Below, in pieces: positions 57,037-64,000 of a DNA stretch of 64,000 nucleotides. Each line of letters opens with the position of its first letter. Position 1 is the first letter of the stretch. Under the pieces are notes generated by a model. That model did no database searches and was not told where the DNA came from. It was given only the letters and a program-made list of their open reading frames with translations. The translations under genes and the position numbers were made by a program. Location: the NCBI GenBank assembly GCA_963767925.1, contig CAVYGB010000008.1, positions 512,001 to 576,000 on the forward strand, in the 5' to 3' direction. Source of the DNA: an uncultured delta proteobacterium (GTDB lineage Bacteria; Myxococcota_A; Polyangia; Fen-1088).

Positions 57037-57453
57037 GTGAAGCCGGTTGTTCGTCTCGATGCGGTCGTGAAGCTGCGGGAGCTCGACGAGGACAAGGCCC
57101 GCCTGGCCCTCGCCGAGGCGCAGCGCCAGGTCCAGACCGCCGAGCAGGACCTCGTCGCCGCGCGCGCCCGGGCCCGCGACGACGAGCGCCACCGGGGCCC
57201 GGCCGCCGAGTGGCAGCTCGCCGAGGCCGCCCACTTCGAAGCCCTGCGCAAGGCCTCCCAGGCCGAGCGGGCGGTCCGGGCCGCGACCGAGAAGCTCACC
57301 CTCACCCGCCGCAGCTACACCACGGCCTACACCCGCGCCGAGGGCATCCGCCGCGTCGCCGAGACCCGCCGGGCCGAGCTGATCGCCGAGGCCAGCGACC
57401 GCCAGGCCAAGCAGCTCGACGAGCTGGGCCTCCTCCTGCACTTCCGCCAGTAG
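57037..57453 (+). CDS. fliJ: FliJ-like coiled-coil export protein
   Basis: RLDAVVKLRE..EDKAR..LA at N-terminus, QAKQLDE at C-terminus; 138 aa coiled coil. Confidence 0.7.
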   Translation: MKPVVRLDAVVKLRELDEDKARLALAEAQRQVQTAEQDLVAARARARDDERHRGPAAEWQLAEAAHFEALRKASQAERAVRAATEKLTLTRRSYTTAYTRAEGIRRVAETRRAELIAEASDRQAKQLDELGLLLHFRQ

Positions 57454-57462
57454 CCCCCGCAA

Positions 57463-58161
57463 TCAGCGCGGCGGGGCGACGCCCATGGCCTCGCGCAGCT
57501 TGACCAGGGCCTCGCTGTGGAGCTGGCAAACCCGGGGCTCGCTGACCCCGAGCAGCCCGCCGATCTCGCTGTAGGTCAACACCTCGATGTAAATCAGGCT
57601 CAGCACCAGCCGCAGCCGCTCCGGGATCCGGTCGATGGCGTCGGCCAGCGTGCGCAGCGCCTCGCGCCGGGCCGCCTCGTCGTCGACGTCGCTGTCGTTC
57701 GGCAGCAGGGAGATCACGCTCTCCAGCGGCACCGCCGGCTCGAGGAGCCCCTCCATCTCGGAGACCGCCTCCAGGCTGAGCTTCATCTCCTCGGCGATCT
57801 CCTCGGTGGTGGGGTCCCGCCCCAGCGCCGCCCCGAGCTTGTGCCGGGCCTTCTTCAGATCGTCGGTGCGCGAGCGCAGCCGGCGCGGCAGGTGGTCGAG
57901 CCGCCGGAGCTCGTCGAGCATGGCCCCTCGCACCCGGTGCTCGACGAAGGTCTCGAAGGTCACCCCCCGCTCGGCGTCGAACCGGCGGCTGGCCTCCAGG
58001 AGGCCCAGCGCCCCCGCCGACCAGAGGTCGTCGTAGGCGTCGCGCATCCCCGTGCGCAGCACCAGCCAGCGCGCCAGCCGATCGACGATGCTTCCGTGAC
58101 GGACCAGCAGCTCGTTGTCCTCGGCCTGCTGGGCCTGATATCGGGAGAGAGCCCGATGCAT
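57463..58161 (-). CDS. fliA: Sigma28 factor FliA/WhiG
   Basis: DL.SAG.LGL.EA..RFD, RVRGAMLDELR.LD, EIG..LGVSE.RVCQLH. Confidence 0.93.
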   Translation of the reverse strand: MHRALSRYQAQQAEDNELLVRHGSIVDRLARWLVLRTGMRDAYDDLWSAGALGLLEASRRFDAERGVTFETFVEHRVRGAMLDELRRLDHLPRRLRSRTDDLKKARHKLGAALGRDPTTEEIAEEMKLSLEAVSEMEGLLEPAVPLESVISLLPNDSDVDDEAARREALRTLADAIDRIPERLRLVLSLIYIEVLTYSEIGGLLGVSEPRVCQLHSEALVKLREAMGVAPPR

Positions 58162-58165
58162 GTCC

Positions 58166-59074
58166 TCAGCCAACGGTCGTCGTGGAGGTCTCACGGAGCA
58201 AGCGGGGCCACATGAACTTGAAGCCCGATCCCGGACGGGCTGGCCCGGCCGACTTGAGCAGCTTGTCGGCGATGTGCTGGAGCGCCCGGCTGGCCGGGCA
58301 GAGGGGGAAGCAGTCGACGACCGGCTTTTGCCGCATGATGGCCCGGTGCAGGTTGTCGTCGCGCGGGATGTAGCCCAGGTGGCTCACCTGGGCTTTGAGG
58401 AAGCGGCTGGTGACGGCGGTCAGCCGGGGGAAGATGTCGCGCGCCTGGCGCTCGTCGACAACCGGGTTGATCACGACCTTGAACTGCTGCACGCCGGCCT
58501 GCTGCGAGAGCACCTTCACCACCGCGTAGGCGTCGACAAGGGAGGTCGGCTCGGGGCTCACGACCAGCAGGGCCTCCTGGGCGGCGCCCACGAAGAACAG
58601 GACGTTGTCCCCGATGCCGGCCCCCGAATCGACGAGCACGAGATCGAACAGATCTTCGACCCGGTCGAGGGCGGTGCAAAGGCGCAGCTTTTGCTGCTCG
58701 TCGAGGGCGGTGAGGGACTGGATGCCCGAGCCGGCCGAGAGGATGCGCAGCCCGTGGGGGCCGTCCACCAGCACCTCCTCGATCCCCAGAGTGCCCTCCA
58801 GCAGGGTGCCGATGTGGTGCCGGGGCTTGAGCCCGAACAGGATCTCGACGTTGGCCAGTCCCAGGTCGGCGTCGATGATGAGGACCCGCTTGCCGCTGCG
58901 GGCGGCCAGCACCGCGAGGTTGGCGGTGAGGTTGGTCTTGCCCACCCCGCCCTTGCCGCTGGTCACGGCGATCACCCGTAGCCGCGAGGTGGTGCCGGCC
59001 CGCACCGGCTGGGAGGCAGGGGCGTCGGCGTTGCTGGCCGCTACCCGCTGTCTCAGGCTGTCTGCTTGGTCCAA
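58166..59074 (-). CDS. flhG: FlhG/FleN MinD-like ATPase
   Basis: DQADSLR activator motif, SGKGGVGKT, DADLGLAN, PEPTS..DAY, C-terminal amphipathic FKFMWPRLL; RBS AGGAG before TTG. Confidence 0.92.
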   Translation of the reverse strand: MDQADSLRQRVAASNADAPASQPVRAGTTSRLRVIAVTSGKGGVGKTNLTANLAVLAARSGKRVLIIDADLGLANVEILFGLKPRHHIGTLLEGTLGIEEVLVDGPHGLRILSAGSGIQSLTALDEQQKLRLCTALDRVEDLFDLVLVDSGAGIGDNVLFFVGAAQEALLVVSPEPTSLVDAYAVVKVLSQQAGVQQFKVVINPVVDERQARDIFPRLTAVTSRFLKAQVSHLGYIPRDDNLHRAIMRQKPVVDCFPLCPASRALQHIADKLLKSAGPARPGSGFKFMWPRLLRETSTTTVG

Positions 59075-60163
59075 GCGGCGGACTCCTTGTTTCGCGGGGG
59101 GCCGGTCACCAGATCGAGCAGGCCCGACTTGTCGACGACGTGCAGGTCGTCGGGGACCCGCTGGCCGTTCGTCACGCAGGAGATTGGGCGGGGGACCGCG
59201 GCCAGCGCCGAGAGCACGCTGCCCGGCCCGTCGGCCTCGTCGAGCTTCGAGAAGATCAGGCGATCGATGCCGTGCTCGCGGTAGCGCCGCCCCGCCGCCC
59301 CGATCTCCCGGGCGCCGGTAGCCGCCGAGAGCACGAGGTGCATCTCCAGGCCGGGCACCGCGCGCAACATGGCCATCTGGTGGGCGATGGTGTCGGGGTC
59401 GGAGCGGCCGGCGCTGTCGATGAGCACGAGGTCCGCCTCCGGCACCCGCTCGGCCGCCGCCACGAGCTGGGCGGGATCCCGCGCCACCCGGGTCGACAGC
59501 CCCATGATCTCCCCGTACTGGCACAGGCGCTCGCTGGCCCCGATGCCGTAGGTGTCGACCGTGATCAGCTCGACCCGCAGCTTCGAGTCGAGCAGAGCCC
59601 GGGCGGCGATCTTGGCGATGGTGGTGGTCTTGCCGACCCCGGTCGGCCCCACCAGGGCGATGGTCCGGCGCTCCCGGCCGACCCAGGGGATCCCCGACGG
59701 GCGCAGGCGTTCGGCCACCAGCGACCGCACCGCCTCGAACAGGACCCCCGGGGGATCGAGGGGGGTGTCGCGTAGGGACTCGCGCACCAGCTCCTCGGCC
59801 AGGCGGCTCTCCACCCCGCGCCGCACGAGCTGGCGACAGATCCAGACCGCCTCGCCGGGGATGACCGGCGGCGGGGGCAGCTTGCTGGCCTCGGGGGCCC
59901 GGGCCCCGCTGCCCAGCTTCGTGCGCAGGTCGTCGACAACCCGGCGCAGCGCCGCGATCTCCCGCTCCACCCCCGAGTTGGCCGGCTGGGGCTCCTCGGC
60001 CATCTCCGGGCGCATGGCGGTGACCTCGATCTCGGTGGCCGCCCCACAGCCCCGTCACCTCCCGGCTGCCCACGATGACCGCGTCGGACCCGAGGGCGGT
60101 CTTGACGGCCTCCAGGGCCGAGCGGGTGTCGTATGCGCGGAATGTCCTCACGTCGTCGCTCAT
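59053..60163 (-). CDS. flhF: SRP-type GTPase FlhF; apparent frameshift near 60037
   Basis: VRTFRA...AL..VK..LG.DAVI N-terminus in one frame; GPTGVGKTTT, DSAGR, SKLDE, NGQRVPDD in another. Confidence 0.88.
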
Positions 60164-62250
60164 GCGGCTTGGCTCCAGGGATTGGGTGATGACGTTTCGA
60201 TGGTGCCGGCCGGCTCGACGGCGGTGCCCGGGACGAGCTCGCGAGCGGTGATCACCCACAGGTCGTTCACGAAGCGGGATGCAAAGTCGAACAGGGGCCG
60301 CCGCAGGTCGGAGGGGGCGATGATGACCGCCGGCCGGCCGGCCGACACGAGGCTGGCCACCCGGTTCTCGAGGGCCCCGATGAAGCGGCGGGCGGTGTTC
60401 ACGTCGGGCGCCAGGGTCGGCTCGCCGTCGCTCTGGCCCAGGCTCTTGCGCAGGATCTCCTCGAGCGCCCGGTCGAGGGTGAGGGCGTGCACCACCCCCT
60501 TGCCGTCGGCCACCCGGGCGGTGATCTGGCGGAACAGGCGGCGGCGGGCCTGCTCGACAAGGAAGGGGGTGTCCTTGCTGCGGGGGGCGGCGTCGGCGAG
60601 GGCCTCGAGGATGCTGCGCAGGTCCCGGATCGAGAGCGACTCGCGCAGCAGGCCCCGCACCACCCGCACCAGGTCGCCAAGGGTGATGACCCCGGGGATG
60701 ACGTCCTCGACAAGCTTGGGGCTCTCCTTGGCGCACAGGGCGAGCAGGTCCTGCACCTCCTGGCGGCCCACCAGCTCGTGGGCGTTGCGCCGGAGCAGCT
60801 CGGACAGGTGGGTGGTGAGCACCGAGGCGGCGTCGACAACCGTGAGGCCGGTGGCCTCGGCCCGGGCCCGATCGCTCGGCGCGATCCAGAGGGCGGGCAG
60901 CCCGAAGGCTGGCTCCTTGGCCGGGATGCCGTTGGCCCCCGGCAGGAGCGGCACGCCTCCTGCCGCCTCGAGGACCATGAGGCGGTCGGAGTAGGCCTGG
61001 CCCGACCCGATCTCCATGCCCCGCAAGCGGATGCGGTAGTCGGCGGGGTCGAGCCGGAGGTTGTCCCGCAGGTGCACGGGCGGCAACACGATGCCGAGGT
61101 CGCCCGCCACCTGGCGGCGCAGGCTCGCCACCCGCCCGGGCAGCTCGCCGCCCCGGTCGAGGTCGATGAGCGGCAAGAGCCCGTGGCCCACTTCGAGCTC
61201 GAGGGCGTCGAGGGCGATGAGGTCGGTGAGGCGGTCGGGGGCGGCAGCCTTGGCGGCGGCCGAAGGGAGCGGGGCGGCGACCGGCCTCCGCCGCCGGGAC
61301 ATCATGAAGGCGGCGGCCGCCATCAGGCCCAGCGACAGCACCGGCATGCCGGGGACCAGGGCCAGGGCCCCCAGCACCATCGAGGCGTGCAGCAGGGGGC
61401 GCTGCTGGAAGATCTGGGCGCCCACCTGGGGACCGAGCTCGGTGCCCGACCCGGCCCGGGTGATGGTGATGCCGGCCGCGGTCGACACGAGCAGGGCGGG
61501 GATCTGGCTGACCAGACCGTCGCCGATGGTGAGGATGAAGTAGGTCTCGGCCGCCGCGGACAGCGATAGCTTGTCGCGCAGCAGGCCGGCGGCCAGACCG
61601 CCGATCAAATTGATGGCGGTGATGACCAGGGCGGCCACCGCGTCGCCGCGCACGAACTTGCTGGCGCCGTCCATGGCGCCGAAGAAGTCGATCTCCTTCT
61701 CGAGCGCGGTCCGCCGGGCCTTGGCCTCCCGGTCGTCGATGATGCCGGCGGCCAGGTCGGCGTCGATCGACATCTGCTTGCCGGGGAGGGCGTCGAGGGT
61801 GAAGCGGGCCGCCACCTCGGCGATGCGGCCCGAGCCCTTGGTGATCACCGCGAAGTTGACCACCAGCAAGATGAGGAAGATGACCGAGCCGACGATGAGG
61901 CTGCCGCCCACCGCGAACTGGCCGAAGGTCTCGATGATGTGGCCGGCGGTGGCGGTGCCGCCGCTGCCGCCACCCAGGATCAAGCGGGTGGCGGCCACGT
62001 TGAGGCCCAGCCGGAACAGGGTCGTGATGAGCAGCAGCGAGGGGAAGACAGTGAAGTCGAGGGCCCGCTGCACCGAGAGCGCCACCAGGAGGATCAACAC
62101 CGAGATGCCGATGTTGAGCCCCAGCATCGCGTCGAGCAGGGAAGGGGGCAGGGGCAGGACGAGGATGCCGACGACGCCCAGCACGGACGCCGTCAGCAGG
62201 CCCTGGGCGGTGAGGAGGCTGCCGCCTCCTGGCGCGTCGGCTGCGCTCAT
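60160..62250 (-). CDS. flhA: Export gate protein FlhA
   Basis: FPSLLLITTLFRL, AEVAARFTLDALPGKQMSIDADL, GAMDGASKFVRGD, SIRDL. Confidence 0.97.
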   Translation of the reverse strand: MSAADAPGGGSLLTAQGLLTASVLGVVGILVLPLPPSLLDAMLGLNIGISVLILLVALSVQRALDFTVFPSLLLITTLFRLGLNVAATRLILGGGSGGTATAGHIIETFGQFAVGGSLIVGSVIFLILLVVNFAVITKGSGRIAEVAARFTLDALPGKQMSIDADLAAGIIDDREAKARRTALEKEIDFFGAMDGASKFVRGDAVAALVITAINLIGGLAAGLLRDKLSLSAAAETYFILTIGDGLVSQIPALLVSTAAGITITRAGSGTELGPQVGAQIFQQRPLLHASMVLGALALVPGMPVLSLGLMAAAAFMMSRRRRPVAAPLPSAAAKAAAPDRLTDLIALDALELEVGHGLLPLIDLDRGGELPGRVASLRRQVAGDLGIVLPPVHLRDNLRLDPADYRIRLRGMEIGSGQAYSDRLMVLEAAGGVPLLPGANGIPAKEPAFGLPALWIAPSDRARAEATGLTVVDAASVLTTHLSELLRRNAHELVGRQEVQDLLALCAKESPKLVEDVIPGVITLGDLVRVVRGLLRESLSIRDLRSILEALADAAPRSKDTPFLVEQARRRLFRQITARVADGKGVVHALTLDRALEEILRKSLGQSDGEPTLAPDVNTARRFIGALENRVASLVSAGRPAVIIAPSDLRRPLFDFASRFVNDLWVITARELVPGTAVEPAGTIETSSPNPWSQAA

Positions 62251-63317
62251 GGGCGGGCCTCTTGCCCGGAGGTGCGGCCGAGCGCCCGGTAGACGAAGGC
62301 CAGCACGGCCGCGACCGCCTTGAAGGTCTCGGCGGGGATGGTGCGTCCGATCTTGACCCGCTTGTACAGCAGCCGGGCCAGGGGGACGTTCTCGACGATG
62401 GGCACGCCGTTCTCCCGGGCCAGCGCCCGGATCCGATCGGCCTGCTCACCTTTGCCCTTGGCGGTCACGCGCGGCGCCCGGTCCTCGTCGGGGCGATAGC
62501 GGAGGGCCACCGCCAGGTGGGTCGGATTGACGACAACCACGTCGGCCCGGGGGACCTCGGCGGCGACGCGTCCCCTGGCGATCTCACGGTGCTGCCGGCG
62601 CCGGCGAGAACGGATCAGAGGATCGCCTTCCTCGTCCTTGTGCTCCCGCCTCAGCTCGTCCTTGCTCATCTTCAGCTTTCCCCGATGTCGGAAGCGCTTG
62701 ACTGCAAGGTCTGCGCCCGCGATGAAGACCAGCGCCGTCAGGGTGTTGACCAGCGCCCGCTCCATCGGACCGAACAGGCCCGCCAGCAGGCCGTCGGCGG
62801 GCTGGTGCATCAGGCGGGGCAGTGTCACGAACTCGTCGCGCAGGGCCCACCAGAGGGCCAGGAACAGCGTCACGATCTTGGCCATGTCGAGGCCCAGATC
62901 GACGAGGACCTCCTTGCTGAAGAGCCGCCCGAAGCGGGCGCCCGACAGGACGCGGTCCAGCTTGGGCCACACCAGCTCCATCCAGAAGCCGAAGCGGGTC
63001 TGGAGACCGGAGGCCAGCACCGCCGCCACCATGACAGCGCCACACACCGCCGCGATGAGCCCCGCGATGGGCGGCATGAGCGCCAGCAGGTAGCCGGGCT
63101 CCGCGTCGCTGAGTCGATCCATGCTGGCGTGCACCAGCCTGACCAGCGCGTCGCGCATCTCGGCGCCCAGCGCCAGCACCGCCCAGGCCCCGGCCGCCAG
63201 GGAGGCCGCGGCGGTGACGTCCCGGGAGACCGGGACGTCGCCCTGATCGAAGGCCTGGCTGAGCCGGTGGGGGCTCGCTGCTTCTGTGCGGTCGTCGGAG
63301 GGTTCCTGCTCGCTCAC
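62247..63317 (-). CDS. flhB: Export switch protein FlhB
   Basis: RTE.AS..RL, KMSK.E...E.K..EGDP, NPTH autocleavage site, LARLLY. Confidence 0.95.
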   Translation of the reverse strand: MSEQEPSDDRTEAASPHRLSQAFDQGDVPVSRDVTAAASLAAGAWAVLALGAEMRDALVRLVHASMDRLSDAEPGYLLALMPPIAGLIAAVCGAVMVAAVLASGLQTRFGFWMELVWPKLDRVLSGARFGRLFSKEVLVDLGLDMAKIVTLFLALWWALRDEFVTLPRLMHQPADGLLAGLFGPMERALVNTLTALVFIAGADLAVKRFRHRGKLKMSKDELRREHKDEEGDPLIRSRRRRQHREIARGRVAAEVPRADVVVVNPTHLAVALRYRPDEDRAPRVTAKGKGEQADRIRALARENGVPIVENVPLARLLYKRVKIGRTIPAETFKAVAAVLAFVYRALGRTSGQEARP

Positions 63318-63324
63318 GCCATCC

Positions 63325-63999
63325 TCAGGCCGGGGCGAAGGCTCTCCGCGCGGCCTGGACGACGATCTCCGCCAGGCTGGGCGAGGCGACGTAGAGGGCG
63401 AACCCCCCCGCCAGCAGGGCGACGGCGAAGCCGAGGTTCAGGAAGGAGAGCTGGGGCATGAGGCGTCCCAGCAGGCCGAGCGCCATGTTGACGAAGAGCA
63501 CCGCCGCCATCACCGGGAATGAGAGGCGGATCGAGAGGGCCACTGCCCGGGCCGCCTCCGAGACCACGGCCGAGGCCAGATCGCGCCAGGACTGCACCGA
63601 TCCGGGGGGCAGCTCCATCACCGAGCGGCACAGCCAGACGATGGCCTCGCGGTGCAGGCCCACCGCCAGGGCCAGGCCCATGACGAGAAAGACCATCAGC
63701 TCCGACAGGGCGGTCGAATCGGCGCCGTGCACCGGATCGATCACCGCGGCCAGGCCGATGCCCATCGAGAGGCCGGCGGCGTGACCCGCCGCCGCCGCCG
63801 CGTCGAGCGCGAAGCGGCTGGCCAGCCCGGCCGACAGACCCACCAGGGTCTCGCCCGCCACCGCCAGCAACAGCGGTCCCGGCTGGGCCCAGTCCGCGAA
63901 CCCGGGGGCCCCCGCGGCGGAGAAGGCGATCCAGGCGACGGCCAGAGCCAGCCCCATGCGGATCCGGGCGTTCACCGCCCGGGCGCTGTACAGCGGCGC
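63325..63999 (-). CDS. fliR: Export protein FliR (5' truncated)
   Basis: Hydrophobic, GE.LVG, DP, GLLGRLMPQL; upstream of flhB. Confidence 0.9.
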   Translation of the reverse strand, partial: APLYSARAVNARIRMGLALAVAWIAFSAAGAPGFADWAQPGPLLLAVAGETLVGLSAGLASRFALDAAAAAGHAAGLSMGIGLAAVIDPVHGADSTALSELMVFLVMGLALAVGLHREAIVWLCRSVMELPPGSVQSWRDLASAVVSEAARAVALSIRLSFPVMAAVLFVNMALGLLGRLMPQLSFLNLGFAVALLAGGFALYVASPSLAEIVVQAARRAFAPA

Positions 64000-64000
64000 C

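Noticed and set aside
2757..62449. Many long alternative-frame or antisense ORFs (e.g. 2757-5543, 2878-5304, 12271-14316, 16449-18491)
   Set aside because: Pro/Arg/Gly-rich shadows of real genes, expected in very GC-rich DNA; no family motifs
58166..62449. 1427-aa ORF as a giant FlhG fusion
   Set aside because: Only the last ~302 aa are FlhG (own RBS and DQAxxLR start); the rest is off-frame flhA/flhF joined via the flhF frameshift

Overview
Very GC-rich bacterial DNA (gene content and order resemble deltaproteobacterial/Myxococcota flagellar loci; taxonomy is inference only). Two flagellar gene arms point inward: flgE(3')-flbD-motA-motB on + at the left, and fliR(3')-flhB-flhA-flhF-flhG-fliA / flgF-G-A-H-I-J-M-N-K-L-fliC-fliD-fliS on - at the right. 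Two accessory blocks lie between them. (1) A ~9 kb signalling block (2.4-11.6 kb) holds three HDOD proteins, a PAS kinase, several degenerate signalling domains and two paralogous MinD/FlhG-like ATPases. Every transcription unit in it is preceded by the sigma28-like motif also found before fliC and flgM. (2) A ~34 kb putative flagellin glycosylation island (11.7-46.3 kb) holds Maf, GT2-TPR, a legionaminic-acid pathway with a WbuX/HisH/HisF amidotransferase trio, and a sigma54-preceded heptose-like amino-sugar operon (fused E1 alpha/beta, two DegT aminotransferases, IscU-like protein, radical SAM). It also holds two large Maf-N/CgeB-type glycosyltransferase paralogs, a B12 radical SAM enzyme and a phage-type J-domain gene. 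Seven apparent frameshifts (six at 27-33 kb, one in flhF) are probably sequencing errors. No rRNA, tRNA, CRISPR or transposase was recognised.
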